NCBI GenBank assembly: GCA_964234715.1
Contig: OZ174282.1
Direction: 5' to 3' (one strand)
Source: Podarcis melisellensis
Taxonomy: Eukaryota
Length of the DNA: 64,000 nt
Below the pieces are notes generated by a model. It had not been told where the DNA came from. It ran no database searches and saw only the letters and a list, made by a program, of their open reading frames with translations. The translations under genes were made by a program, and so were the position numbers. Below are positions 1 through 15,000 of the stretch, in pieces (position 1 is the stretch's first letter; the number at the start of each line of letters is the position of its first letter).

Positions 1-701
1 CCAGGGCCAGCGTGGCAGCAGCTGCTGGAGAGCGCAAAAGCATCCAGGGTTGGCTGGAAAGGAGGTCCTGCAAGCCAAGGGGGTGAAAGGAGTCTGCTCT
101 GCTTTCTCCCAGGCAGAGACCTGGAGGATTTTAAATAGCTGTCTGTGTCCTCAGACACTTTTCCACAAATGCACTCCTGATGCAACAGTTCGGGACGTAA
201 AGAAAAACCCCTCAATTAAGACAATTGTTAAACAAAACACTAACTAAAAAGGCATCAATTTGGATAAACATCCAGAAAGAGCTTGGCCCAGGGGGAGGGG
301 GGATTTTTAACATTCACCTTTTAAAAGCCTGGGAGAAAAAATGAAAAATTTACCTGTTGCCTAAAATCAAGTAGAACTGAGGCCTATTGAGTCCTCTCTA
401 ACACTACTGATGCTATTGAGAAAATCTCCATTCAACCACAAAGCTCACTCTCTGATCTCGGGCCAGTCACTATCTGTAAGCCTAACCTACCTCACAGGGG
501 TTCTGTGAGGATAAAATGGAGCTGGGGGGAGGGAAGAGAGGGGGAAACTAATATCACTTTGGAGTTCCTTCAAAGAAAGACAGGGTATAAATAAAAAAAG
601 CAGGATACTGCCCCAAAGCACAAACCCAGCAGATGTTCATGGATTGTGTGAAAGTTCAAAAAGGAGGCAGTCCAGCAACTGTGCTGGTCCCTGATCATTT
701 T

Positions 702-702
702 A

Positions 703-753
<51 letters not shown>

Positions 754-872
754 TATTTGTACCCCGCCCATCTGGCTGGGTTTCCCCAGCCACTCTGGGT
801 GGCTTCCATAGAAACCAAAAATACACTAAAATATCACAGATTAAAAACTTCCCTGAACAGGGCTGCCTTTTA
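702..872 (-). mobile_element. L2-like LINE extreme 3' end with (TAA)n tail
   Basis: (TTA)n 702-752 followed by TTAAAAACTTCCCTGAACAGGGCTGCCTT, matching the 28820-28850 element. Confidence 0.65.
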
Positions 873-2254
873 AGGCTTTAAAAGGTAGAAATAAAAAAAT
901 ACTTTTGAACAACCTGAAGCAGAGATCGACAAAGGGGTACCGGAGCAGCACAGCCCGACATCCAATGCCAGCAGGGCTGCAGAATTCTGTGCCAGTTGTG
1001 GCCCTGGAAGCCTTTTTATTTCCTTCAATGGTGCTACCAGATTACAGATAAAAAGTTTTGCCTCCAGTTTCACTTGTAAAGAAAATAAGTTCCCCAAAGT
1101 TGTGAGACTATTACATTTCTCTCTGTTGGTCTGACTAGGACCAGTCCACTGCCCCACCCACATGAAAGGGGTTGATGGGTCAAATGCAAGGCAGGCTTGC
1201 ACCTGCAGGATTGTACAATGCATCCAGAGTTTGCGGTGCTGCCTCCTTATCTCTTCCCCAACTGTTTCCTCTATTTATTGGTTATGTTCTCTACAAGAAC
1301 GTGGACTTTAGACAGACACACACACACGCACAGACAGAAGCCAGTTCCCAATGCTGATCAAACGTCCACCTGAGTTCCAGGTGGTCTCAAAGTGAATCCC
1401 CATAGGGGATTGTGGGGAGAAAAAGCACCAAATGATGCACCAGGTCCTGCTCCTCATGTTGAAGACAGGTTACAGCTTTCCACATGCATTTTGCTAGCAC
1501 GTAGGATCAAGGCTGTGAGAACGGGTTTGGACTCTGTCCAAGCAGCCAGTCTTTGCTTTGATAAAAGGAGTCACTTTAAGGTTCCCTGCCAATGGATGAA
1601 GAACGACACACCCGACAATAAAGTTTTAGCACTTTATTCAAAGGAACAAAGGGATGCCGACTTTCCTCACATGCATGCTGCTGTTCCTCCAATGTTCGTG
1701 CAGAGCATGACAGAGGACTTGCTTTTTAAAAAAAATCCTGGTGAAAGGGTTTATGAAAAAACGAGAGCGGAGATCCCACAGGGAGAAGAGGAAGTGTCTT
1801 CAGAAAGTGGGTCAATGGGCCTAATGCAGACACAATGCATGAGTGCATTGTGTCCTTGGGAAGAAAGCCCTCCAGCTGCACGGAGGCGCTCTGTGAGTTC
1901 GCAGCCCTTGGGAGACCCATGGAGCTGATGCCCCAGGGAAGTGGTGCCCAGGCAGCAGGCATGAGCAGGCTACTGCCACAGCATAAAGTTTGCTTTGCCC
2001 CTCCTAACCACCAGGAGCAGGGAGATGTGGAAAACCTCCACCGCAGCCGCTGACAAGCGCCCAGCAGAACCACTCTGGTGTTTCCTGCACACAGCAGCCC
2101 TTTGGCAGGCAAATCACCTGCCACAGCGACCTCCATTCACCTATTCACTAGTGTGGTGAAAAAGAAAATCCATATAGGTCATAACTCTATGAGTTGCTGC
2201 CTTCTGAGGCTAGCCAGATCAGAGGCATGATTCGGACTGGGCTCTGCAGCAGTC

Positions 2255-2345
2255 TCAAGGTTTCATGTTGCTCAGGCGTATGTCCCGCTCATGCTCAAAC
2301 TGCCGGTGGTCAACCCTCTCCAGAAACGCTTTCCTCTCCAAGTAC
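2255..2345 (-). CDS. CFDP1: CFDP1 exon 7 (last coding)
   Basis: [32 protein letters not shown]. Confidence 0.96.
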
Positions 2346-2987
2346 CTGCATGGAAGGAGTCAGAGGGTTAGCTCCAGAGACACCAAAACACAAGCCAGTC
2401 TGGCCTCCAGTTTGACACCAGGAAATAAACTATGGAAAGACCCTGTTGCTGCTGCCCTTGCAGGGGCTTCACTGCCTCAAGTGCCACCTCGCTTTTTCAG
2501 CCCCAATGAGTCATTGTTGCACAAGGCTCCCCTGGCAGATGGTGGGCACTGGTGCTCCCATGTCGCCAGTAAGTTCTTGCGGCCCGTTCCATGTGCAACA
2601 TGTCTTGGGCAACAACTTTGCATATGGATTTAAGAGAGTGGGAAAGATTAAGAATCAGGCAGAGCTAAAGTCCTTCACGTGACTTTCCTTCCCCAACAAA
2701 ATAACCCAAATTGTCCAACTAATTGCAAGCTATAAATAATTTCCAATAATGACACTGGAGACAAGCACGAATGAAATCAAGTGCATTTTTGTGGAACCTT
2801 CAGTTGTCCCTCATCAACCCCTTGCCATAACTCAGTGGGGCAGCACAAGGCCACCTATCTCTCCTCCCGCAAACACCCCAGGGCTCTCACATGGCCTGTC
2901 CTACATACTGCCAGGCACACAGATCAAAACCAAAAGGGCATTTCCTGTGGGGATTGCCCTACATAACACCATAATGAGAAGCAGCTG

Positions 2988-3059
<72 letters not shown>

Positions 3060-6000
3060 TGTGTCTGTGTGGATCCTCCTCATCTCTTGCAAAACCAGGC
3101 CAGGCCAGAACAAGAGTGTTCTGGTTTCACAAACTTGGAGCTCACTGCAGATACACTGGTGGTGAATGGGGGTGAGATGTGTGTGGAGTACACCGGGGTG
3201 CCCCAAGTTTTATTGGGATCTATTATTGGTACATTCCTGGGCGATCTGCATTAGCTCAGAAAGGGTTTCTAATTCCCAATTTAACTGCCTATCAGTCTCT
3301 CTGTTCCAGTCCTATGAAATATAGCTATTTGTTGATGCTGTCCTGGTCTTTGCGCTGTTCCACTGGCCAGTTTCCAGGCTCTGCCTGGTGGACCTTGGAC
3401 TTCTAGCAAAAACACACAGTAGATACAAGCTTAAAAACTGCCCATCCCTGATGTCCCAGGGGCAGGCAGTGCCAGACCAAAGGGACAGCTGGGAATCTGC
3501 TCCCTGCTTGGAAGTGTTTATCTGAGGCCTCAAGGTTCGTGGAAAGAACCACAAATGTCAAAACCCTGGAAAAGATATACTGCTGCTGCTATGCCTGCTG
3601 GAGGATGCTGGCCTCTTACCCATCTTTCCCTCGGTTGTGGATGGCCAGCTCCTCCCCGATGCCCTCCTCTTCTTTGAAGGTCTCCCAGTCTAGCTTGGAT
3701 TTCTCCAGGGTGCTGAGCTTCTGCTTTTTGGTGCCTATCTTCCCCAGGAGGCTGTTCATGCCACTCGGCCGCTTCACTCTGATAGAGACAAGAAGGCAGG
3801 TTACAAGGGAGGTTCAAGGAAATCCCAGCAAAACAAGGAGGATGAGCCCAGGTGGGGGATGCAGAGCTCCTCCAGAGTCCAGCAACCTGGCAGCTCTTCC
3901 CTTTGCAGGTGAAAATTCCTACAGGTGGGCCCAAGCTGTCATTGTCTGCAGCAGCTCAGCAGTTTAGGGAATGAGCTGTGGTTCAACTCTCTTTTCTGCC
4001 ACCAATGCACACACTACCAGTCTTCACAACCTGGTGTCCTCCTGATATTTTGAACCACACCTCCCATCAGAGCTGCTGGCAGGGGCTGATGGAAGTCATG
4101 GCCTAAGATATGAAGAGTGAATCAGGCTGGTGACTTTCCAATATGGAGATATAATACCAGTCTACTTAAAGGGCTGTTGTTGAGGATTATGAGAGAATAT
4201 ATGCAAAACCATCTGAACATGCTAAAGTATGCTGCTAAAGTACACTATAAAGTCGTAAGTATTACGGTCACTACTTCTAAGTCCCATGGAGAAGAGGAAG
4301 ATGGCTGAAGGCATCAGCACAGCATCTCTTGAGAACTTAACACTTGATGAATGCATCCAGACAATTATACACTGGACTTGTTCAGGTCAAGGAGCCTGAA
4401 GTCCTCCTCTCAGTTACAGCATTAGGAAACCCCAGTGTATGTCAGAGTACATGTTAGGTCACTGGAGTCTCTAGCCCAGTGCTACCTACAGCTCTACCCA
4501 ACCGCAGCTCCCCAGGGTCTTGTCTATTCAGGTTTCTAGGCCCCAAGTGTATGGGGATGTATGATAGATGAGAGCACCCTTTAATCCACGAGCTTGGGAA
4601 GGCCTTCCCCGGGCCCTCCTAGGTTGCTACTCTGGTGTTTTATTGATTGTTTGTGGGTTTCTTTACAACATTTTACTGTACTCTACTGTATAGTCTGTTA
4701 TTTTCAATATGCTACTCATAGCTTTGGGGACCTTTGGGCCAAAAAACAGTACATAAACAACCACCCCATAAACAAGGCTCCCATTTGCCTCATTTTACAA
4801 ATGGAGCACAGAGAGAAGAATAATCCATAGCACAAAGAGGCTTCACTATCCAAAAGTCCATCTGGCTCTTGAACCAAAGTGCCTCCCATGGTCCATTCTG
4901 ATAAAACTATTGCCACATATATGCACTTATGATAACAATGTCAAAAGTCTGCCTGCAGCTAACAAAACTTTTTACTTTTTCCTCTCCAACTTTCTACAAG
5001 GAAGTGAGTCACGAGGTTATTAAGTGCCCACAGGTGCACAGTCAGCTTGCCTTGCCAACACACAACTTTGGAGTGCCGTGGGAAGGCTTTACAAAAAATG
5101 CAGAACGTCTGAACACTGATTATTGGGCCTCCCTTTCCTTTGCTCCGAGCACCAACAAAGCAGAATCCTCCACTGCTTCTCAAATGTCACTGGAGTTTCT
5201 GAAGCCAGTTCTTTGGACAGCAGAAGTCTCCTAATGAATGAGGCCCAGTCCTGGAAAAGAGTCTAAATCACAGCCATCTGCCCAGTGGGAAATTCTAGCC
5301 CTTAAGTAACAAAACAGCATGGCCCTCCAACTCCCAGGGTGTGCAGGAAACGCCACGCGGCCTTAATGGGGCCTCTGCAGATCCGTCACTGCAGACGTGG
5401 AAATGGCATTGCAAACTCCCATGAACCCCGTCAGCAGAGTCTCTAGCTTGCAGTTTATTTGCATTCCTGGGATAACTTCCTTTCTGCCAATCAGGGGCCA
5501 TTCTGAGAAGTCAGAGCGGAAACGACTTGCATTCTAAGGCCGAGGGGAATGAACCATGGACGGGTAAGGCCAGCATTCAGGATATTTTACTGGAAAACAA
5601 TGAGTCAGAGGAAAACATTTTCCAGCCCTTTTGTTTTCAAGATTCTGTCCAAATTCAGGACCTCAAGGTGTACAACAACACACTCTCACTCTCTCTGCAC
5701 TCCTTGCTGCCTGTGAAGCTAGTGCAAAATTTGAAACACAATCCAGGCTCATGTCTCTGTTCAGTTCAACAGCCAGGCTAAATGCTTGTTTGTAACAAGG
5801 GTGGCTAACCTGTGGCCTTTCAGGTGTGGGCAGAGTCAGCCCTAGTCAGATGGCAGGGATGCTGATGGGAGAAGGAGTCCAGAAATATATGAAAGGCCAT
5901 AGGTTAGCCACCCCTAGTTTGTAACGTTTTGAATTTCACCACTTCTCCCAGCTCCTCAGATCAGCTCTCCCCGTTTTCTTTATTATCCTCCGCACAATCC

Positions 6001-9000
6001 TGTGTGATTAGGTGTGCTGAGAAAAGGTATGAGAAGCCCGAGGACAGCCAGTCTCCCAGAAAGAGGTCTCTGGCACTTGCGAGATGGGAAACGTGCCCTG
6101 CCTGGAAAACAAGCCCAATGAGTGACCTGCCCAAGGTAACACGAGAAGCCCTTTCTCATGAGCAGCCCAGCGACTATCATCAGGATCTCACTCTCATCCT
6201 CTGCCAAACAGCTGCCGTTTAAGACCATGGCTAGTCATTGGACTTTCACAGCTGAGATAATAAGTTTAGAACTCAACATCTGAAGGGCCTGGTTGCTGAA
6301 AGAGGACACTTTTCTGGTCTAGCATACAGCACAGGGCTCCAGCTTTTACTGAGACTGGCTGGTTCCCGAATCCAAGTCTCTTGTTGTCTCCCTGCACATC
6401 CCCAAAAAAAGTTCTCAACCAAGCCAGCGTTGCTCTTTTCAAAGTGCACCGCTGTGCTTCAGGGCAAAACGCCTGCCGTTGCAGGAGCCATATTTTGTTC
6501 CAAGGCACATTTTTCAGAGCCGCTCCAAGCTCCCCTTTTGGCTGGTGCCTGCAGAATTGGTGCTCTGCAGCTGTGCTCCCTCCCAGCCTCCACAAAGCAC
6601 AGAGCAGCTAAATGAAGGACAGATGCTCCCTGCCTGGCCCCTCCCCCTCCAGGCCTGGCCCAATCAGCTCCCTCCTAACGGCTACGCCTTGCCCGGGACT
6701 GGCGTGGAATCGACACGCAGCATCACAGCAGAAGGGTCTAAATCCCTGGGATTGCAGGGAGAGTGGGGGAGTGCTAATCCAGAGAAAGAGCACGGCTTCC
6801 ACCAAAAACAGCAGAAAGAAGTATCCATGTCTCAAACCACAGGAAATGGCTTCCACAGCTGGCCGCTGGCCTGCGCAGCCAAAATAAGATTTGCTCAGGA
6901 ACAGGGGTGTGCTTCCAGTCATATCCCTTCCAAAGAAGGGCAGCAAATGGGACCAAGCAGCGCCACGCACACCGGAGCAAAGTGCTGGCCCAGAGGTCTA
7001 GCATTCAGGCTTTTGGTTGAGACTCCAGGTCTCCACTCCATTTAATGGCATTTCTAGCTGCTAGCAGACAGTGTTTTGAAAGGGTTGCAGTCTTCTCAGC
7101 AAGAGGCCTCCTCTTGACGTGGGCTCTCAGGGTGATGCAGCAGGCTAATAGGAACTACAACACAGCACACAGTGAGCAAAGAAGAAGGTGATTTGTCTGG
7201 AAAGCAGCCTACTCAAACTGGCTGTGGGACTTTTGAAGCAGCTGGCCTCTGAAAAGCTGTTAGAGCTCTTGGAGGGACATGTAGAGGAATGAGGCCCCTT
7301 CTAGCCTGACAAAGAGTTCTCTAATTGCTATTAAATCTGTAGACGAAATGACATCACCTGGACAGTAACTGATTTCATGGCTCAGAGTGGTTCTGCGCCC
7401 CCTGGTGGCTGTGATCCATTTTTTAAAAATCTATCCACACCAAAAACCTGAAGCTTCCTGTTCTATGGGTGCTGAAGAGGACTCTCTTGCAAATAAACAG
7501 GATTCACACTTTGATCTCACCACATGCCTTAGTGCCAAAAAATTATATTTCAAATGGCTCTAAAATTAAGTCTACAAACATGAAGATATGCCTGTGACAG
7601 AAGGTTTTGGGGCAGTCACCCCCAAGGATGATGGAAGCTGCATCCCAGTAACATTGCTGGGCCACAGATTCTGCACCTCTTTTCTACTGCCCCCCTGCCA
7701 CCAGGAAAGAGAGCAGCAGAATTAACACAGGCATTGAAAGTGGATGTTGACAGCAGGAAATGTGGCCATCTTTTCATGGAGCCAGACGCAGCCCAGCCCC
7801 TGAAGGATACAATCCCAGCCCAGGCTGTTTCCTGGAGAGCTTTCTGCTCTGAGACAGACGGCAGCATCAGCATATATACAGGAGAAAACAAGAGGCTCCT
7901 CCAGCTACAGCAGAAGGCTACCATTACCCCATGACCTCTTTAGTTGATCCAATATAACTCTTGGAGTGGTTCCTGAATTCTCAGCACAAAGCAGGGTGAA
8001 GACCAAAAGAGATACATAAACCAAAGCTTCGAGGGAGCTCCTGGAAGCAAAGATGCATGTCTTTGCCTCTCAAATGCTAGAAAGGAATGCATCTTGTAAC
8101 ACGCCACTGATCTGATGCACTGATTCAACTTATGTAAGACTGACCCTTCAATCCAGTCCATGCTTAAGGAAAAGGGAGCTGCCCAACTTGCTTTAAAGTT
8201 GAATTTCACCTGCTGATAATTCACAGCAACCTGGGAGGTGACAAGAGGCCACAGAGGTCACAAACTCAGGGCTGTTATTTTGGAAAACACCAAGATGAGA
8301 GTGAGAGACCAAGGCTGCTATTAACAGCAAGCAACTCTATAATAAGCCCAAACAGAAAGGCCAGGCTCTAACAATATTGCTACCGGAGCTATTTTCTCAT
8401 AGCCTCTGCTGTGATTAGCACACTGAATCTGGGTTACAAAAGCAGGGAAATCTAGACTGAAAATGGAACCTTTGTTCCCAAAGTGGAGTCACTGTGCACT
8501 GGCTAATGCAGCTTGAATGGTGGGAACAATCAGACCTGCCAGGATTACAGCATGGCGGAGAGAGGGGGGCAGGTGGAACTTTCCCAACCCACAACCACAC
8601 TCCTTCATCTTAAAACCCAACATCTGAGAACATTTCATTTAACTATTAGCAAGGAATCTTTCACACTGTGTAGCAACAGGTCCCCAATGCAGGTGTGATT
8701 CAACTATTACATAGTAAAAGCAAAGGAATACCGGTAGGTGCAAGACCTCCATCCTGTGCCTCTGCTTCTGGACTAGAAATGGAACTGAAGAGCTATCAGC
8801 TCCATCAAGACCCCTGCCTGGAGGCTTTAGCAGGGCAAGAATTCGGCGCCCAGATGGCTGCATCCATAAACCAAACATTACATGGCTTTCAGTTGTTATA
8901 TATGCATTGTTAATATTTGCGTTGCAAAAACCACCCTGGGATCTTAAGTGATGGAAGGGTGGTTTACAAATGGGGTAAATGCTCATTGATAAGGGAGTCC

Positions 9001-12000
9001 AGTGGCATGCAATTCTCAAATCTGCTCTTTACAGGTTGTTCTAAGTTAAGTTGATTGTTTGAAGTCAACTGGCCTTATTACAGCACAAGCTTAAGCTTCT
9101 CTACTCAGAAGTAGAGTTGTGCTTGGAATACAGCCGAAGTCCAGTGATCCCAAAGGGTCTGCTCAGAGTAAAATTTATAACCTTAGGTGTCAAACACTGT
9201 CTTCAGTCTTGGGGCCAATGCATAACTTTGTAACACTTATTTTGCAACTGTTTTATGGTTGAGAATGTTTATACTGAATGGCATATTGTGTTATTAAATA
9301 AATTATTACATTTCTGCTTCAACCTGCAAATGACATTGCTTTACTTTATTGGGGGGGGGGTTGAGCATCCCATCTTGCCTATCATCCAGCTTGAAGGAGA
9401 GTTCTGCAGAATTCAAAAGTTTGCTCAACATTCTACCATTTAAAATATTTTTATATCACCCTTCATCCCTGCAGCTATCATGGTTGATATACAGAGAGCA
9501 TGACCAGCTAATCATACCAAAACAAAATACAGTAATATACACAAACCCAGAACAATGAGAGTATATTTCAAAATAATTAAAACAATAGAGAACTTGAAGA
9601 CATTTTGAGTGATTTGGGTTGGTCCTAATAAAATTGTCCTACTGTGGATTTTATACTCCCCACCACCACAATGGAATAACATGGCTATTTATGCTTTTTG
9701 AATGTCTGGTTCTACCATCACAACTTCTTTCCAAGTACTCTCACTCCATTTGTATGGTTACTGTTTATTAAGACCAGGAAGCACTTTCTGCAACGGCCTC
9801 AAATTGTCAAGCTTGCAACTTCAGCTTGAAAGACAGGATACAAGAGAGAAGGGCAGAAACAATGCACTTCAGCTCAAGAGGGAAGTAGCCAGAATATTGT
9901 GTGCAGCCATAGAACCTCTTCAGGGGCCACTTGTCCTCTCAAGGAGAATGGCAGCAGACCTCAAGTTCCTTTATGAATGAAAGCTCATTGTGATTTGTGT
10001 GTGAAACCTCCTTCCTCCCTGGCAAGAATGCTCTAGTTCAGGGCTTCCCAAACTTGGGTCTCCAGCTGTTTTTAGACTCTCATCACCCCTAGCTAGCAGG
10101 ACCAGTAGTCAGGGATGATGAGAACTGTAGTCCCAAAACAGCTACGGACCCAACTTTGGGAAACCCTGCCTAGATCATTCATTCATTTACTTCCCCTGAG
10201 GGTGACTGGAGCAAGGGAAAGTCTCACAAGTAGAATCCAAGCAACTCATTGATGAGTACAGAGGTCCCAAGATCCTGCCGACACCAAAGATGCAAGCGTT
10301 ACACTCTCCCAGCAGAATTATAATGTCCACAAAAGCTTTGGAACTGTAGGACCAGGCGGCTAGGGCTTACCCAGAAACAGTAGGCGAGGATGCTGGGACG
10401 ACAGTCTTCTGCTCTTGCTGCTTCAGAAAGAACCGGGCTTCTTCAGACGTAGCATCGACTTCCTTTGTGACCCTGCCACAAGGAGAGGGAAGAATATCAA
10501 AGCCATGTGTTAAAGCTGGAACACGTGTGCAGAGCAGAAACTATAGAGGCAGCTGGTGGCCATAAAGTTGTGAGAGGCGGTGTGGTGTTGCAATGACTAC
10601 AGAGACCTGGGTTCAAGTTCTTGGTATGCCATGAAGTTCACTGGGTGATTCTTCTCAGCAGCTCTGCTTTGCACAGCCCTCTTAAAACATTTCTTCTCAG
10701 CTAAGCAACAGACCACCAGCAAGCATCAAACTTCTAGAGGCATAGTGGAAAAGACCCTAGGAATGAAAGAATTATCCTGCTGAATGAGACAAAAGGCCTA
10801 GCACTTTCTTTTCAATAGTGGCAAGTCAGATGCCTTGAGAAGCTCATCTTTCCCACAAGCAGAGCACGATTGTGGTATCCACCCAGTTCATCCACAACAT
10901 CTGGTTACTGGCCAGTGAACATACCAACCTTAGCTGTCACAGCTAACAGACTAATTCATATACAGCTTTTTCATATTAATTCCAAAAGTCGTTCATAAAT
11001 TTAATTCCTACCAAGAAAATGTCCAGGAAATAAATACAAGCCAAATAATCCATCCTCAGATATGCTATCTAACCCATTTTTATGCAGTCATTTTTTCCTT
11101 TATCCATGACAGTATAGTTTCTTCAGTTCAAAATCTATTGCTTTTGCATCCTCAACAGACACCATCTTCAAAAAGTTTGGAGGAGAATCTACAATATCCC
11201 TAGAACGATGGTTTTTGTGGCGTTGCTGAAGTGATCATCTACTTAGGAAGTTCTGTTCAACATTTAACCGAAATCTACCTTCCTGTTATTTAAACCTGTT
11301 ACTTCCTGGAGTATCCTCAGTGGACCTGGGCGAACAATGATTCCCTTCCTTCCTAAACACATGAAGTGTCAACATACTCCCTCCCTGTGGCCTCTTCATT
11401 AGGGTAAACATGAACAGTTCCTTCATGTAGAGCCATTTGAAATGTGCTTTCAAGGTATCTTATCTTCTTCGGAATATTCTTCAGTCTGTCAATATCTTTC
11501 TTGAATTACAGGCTCAGGTAATCTATGCATAATGCAAGTCTCATCAGTAACAATATTACTTGCCAAGCCCTGGAAAAATGTGTCTTAAGAAAACTAAGAT
11601 GCCACTTGCCCTTTAAACCATACCATCAGGCTACTGGTTCATACTGAACTGGCTATTTACTAAAGCCTCCCCCAAGTACTCCCCATCTAGCCAACCCCTC
11701 CACAGGTAACCAATGTGCAATAAGGATCGCAATAAAACACTACAAGCAATACCAAGTCCTGACTGTTCATTTATAAGGTCACTGACAATTAAATGGCATC
11801 TGTTTCCAGTTCCAATTTATTAACATTTACTGTGTCTAAGGGAGTAATTGTTACAGCAAATATAAATTAAGATCAGTTGGGAGCTGTGTTTATTCTTTTT
11901 GGGACTGACGATAGAAGTCTTGGATAATGGCCAAGGTTTGGATAAAAATCCAATTGGAACTCGTACACTAAGAATTACAGGTTGCATTAGGTTTTTGATT

Positions 12001-15000
12001 GTTCATAAATGGAATATATAGTAACTATAGGGTATATTTGCACAGTTCTGGTTTGCAACAGGAGGAACACTCTTATTTATAAACTGCAACTTGGCAGCAT
12101 CCCTGATAGGAGTCCAACCTGGAAAGATTTTTTCCCGTGGAATCAGGACAGAACATATAAACTAGATAAAGACTAGGGAAAATGAACGATTACCAGTACA
12201 TGCAGGTCCTGCTATCGGGACATATGTTATTCAAAATCTCAGTTAACCAATCACAAAGAATTATACCCTAATGGCTGGTTCGGATATCCAGACAGTGGGA
12301 GTTTGCTCAGTTGCATACTTGTTTGTGTTTTGCTGGTCAGGGGCAGCCATTTTGGGCAGAAAACACAGAGAGGGAGAGATCAGACTAATCAGTTTTTCCT
12401 TTGTTTGGCTTTTGCAGATTGGAAGCCGCTTCAGGTACAAACTATGGGGGGAGGAAGGGCAAGAGAGAACAGAAAAATCACACATTAGAAATGTTTCCAT
12501 AGGAAGTAATGGAAATCAGTTTCTTATGAAATGCTCGCTTAAGGAACGATTTCCTATGAATCTATTGTGTTCAGAAAGCGGGACCTGTGTGTACCCTGTC
12601 ATATGGTTATTTTATGTCTGTATGGTGCAATGCCTCTGAATATCACATGCTCAGAAGAAACATCAGAGGAGACCTACTGCCTTTAAAACCTGCTTTTTCC
12701 CTTCTACAAGGCATTTGGCTGGCAACTGTGGGAAGCAGAATGCTGGACTGGATGAGCCCTTGGTTTGATCCGGAAAACTCTTCTGCTCACCTCCTTTCTC
12801 TAATGAGATACGAAAGTCTCTGGCATTTTCCAGGCAGGCTTAAGCAAAGGGTGAGGTACTTTGGAACCTCCATAATTTCTCATGTCAGAGCAGACATCTA
12901 GAATATTGGCTGTTGATGAGACTGTCTCATTGCTTTCAGATTTTCTTTCTGGTCATTAATTACAGTCGAGGATCTGATAGATTAATTCCTAAGCGAAAGA
13001 ACTGGTTCAATTACTGCACACTCTTTCAATTTACATCAGTGCAGGGGCTTATAACACATTTAGTGCTATCTGTGTCAGGATGAGAAATTATTGTTCACTT
13101 TTGCTGAGAAGTGTTTTCTCTTTGGATATTTCAGTGGTTAATGTGGGGAGGGGGGGTGTCTAGACCACTTTTATATCAATGCAGGAAAAAGTCCAGACAA
13201 GCAATGGGAATTTTGAAGCATGAAACAGAAGCAAGGTTCTGTTGTTGTGCAGCAGCTCCTGTTGACAAGGCAGAGTTAATTTTTATCCAGTTCCTGGCCC
13301 TGGGTCAATGTTATATCACTAGGTAATTGTTGTGGGCCTGAATATATGAAGACTTGTCTCCTCATATATGAACCTGCCAACATACTCTAGTCCATGGGCA
13401 GGCAAACTAAGGCCCGGGGGCTGGATCCGGCCCAATCGCCTTCGAAATCCAGCTGGCGGATGGTCCGGGAATCAGTGTGTTTTTACGTGAGCAGAATGTG
13501 TCCTTTTATTTAAAATGCATCTCTGGGTTATTTGTGGGGCCTGCCTGGTGTTTTTACATGAGTAGAATGTGTGCTCTTATTTAAAATGCATTTCTGGGTT
13601 AGTTGTGGGGCATAGGAATTTGTTCATTTTTTTATTTTCAAAATATAGTCAGCCCCCCCCCCACAAGGTCTGAGGGACAGTGCTGAAAAAGTTTGCTGAC
13701 CCCTGCTCTAGTCGTTAGATGGTTTAGAAATACAACCCAGGGTCCCTTCTAACACACAATATCTGCATACAGGGGTCAAGAGCTTTTTGCCAGCGGTGTC
13801 CCTACTGTGAAATTCTCTGCCCCCTCAGCCTTTCATAACCCATTGGGGACAGCACTGTTCAGCCTTGTGTTTGGAGGACGTCTAGTGGTCCCATCTTATC
13901 CACCGATTATGTTGCTGTTTTGATGCCATTTAAAAATTTTTTAGTTTTTCTGTTCTACTGAAACCTAAATCTTCATGTGAATGATGCTAAGATGCTTTGG
14001 GGACCCTATAATGGGACAGAAAGTAAGGATATGCCTATTTTAATAAAATACTGTTGATATTTTCAGACACAGTTGAGGCAAACAGTTAAATGCAATTGCT
14101 CAAAAAGGACCAGGGATATGGCTCATTGTGGCTAGAAAGGCAAGAGGCCAAACTCACCTCACCTCTTCACCTGCAAAGTCAAAGACTTTGGTGATGGCAA
14201 CTTTGCTCTTCTCAGATCCCTCTACCACCTCCTGAGGTTTGCATGAATTCTTCTCTTCAGCTGGCTAACCAAAACATTATGAGAAACCACATTTGTCAAA
14301 CATCAGAGCCAGCCCAAATTCTCTTTCATGTTCATTAAATTTCAGATGTTCTAGATTTGCAATGCCATGCCCAATACCAGCAGTAGCTTCTCTGCCATCA
14401 GCTTCCACTTCCATTCAAACTTCACTCCTACCTAATCTGGATTTTCGAATGACAATTCACTTCCCTGGTAATTCAAGCATGAAAACAAGTGTGATCTGGA
14501 ACCCCAAGTTTTGCAGCACAACTGTCAGGTGTGGAGAGTCCTCCTCTCCCTTCAGTAGCTTCACAGATAAGAATTAACAAGCAGTTGATAGATTTATAGT
14601 CCTTTAATTATAGCATCATGTTGTAAGCACAAATACACAGCTCTCCGCATGGAGGGCAGTTGGCTAGTCTAATCCTCCTCCTGACTTCTGCAGCATTTTA
14701 GGTGCCAATGGAAAGTTCCTCCTTCCCTCTGACTCCTTTGCTCTCTGATACATTCAGACCTCCAAGTCTGTGGTGAGGGGGTCCCCCTCACACACTCTCA
14801 ACTAGCTTCCCCCTCCCTTCTGGTTCTGTTGTCATTATCTCGTGACTGGGTAACTCCTCCCTAAACTGTTCAGCGGTCTCTCTCTCTCTGCTTAGGAACA
14901 TGCTGTGGATGAGCGGGGGCGGGGGATTCTTCCCCCTCTTCATCGAAGAGAAGCTGGTCTGCCATAGAATGCATTCCTCAGTCCTCGTCTTCAGGCCTAG

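Noticed and set aside
633-881. Poly-Tyr ORF
   Set aside because: Translation of a (TAT)n LINE tail.
1392-1928. 178-aa plus-strand ORF
   Set aside because: Antisense to the CFDP1 3' region, GTG start, no recognisable homology.
6479-7045. Longest intronic ORF (188 aa) and overlapping ORFs
   Set aside because: No recognisable domain, non-ATG start, and ORFs open in several frames; expected by chance in GC-rich intron.
14293-14577. Protein-like ORF just upstream of CFDP1 exon 4 (possible extra exon)
   Set aside because: The sense-strand frames I checked contain stops, and CFDP1 is already complete and in phase without it.
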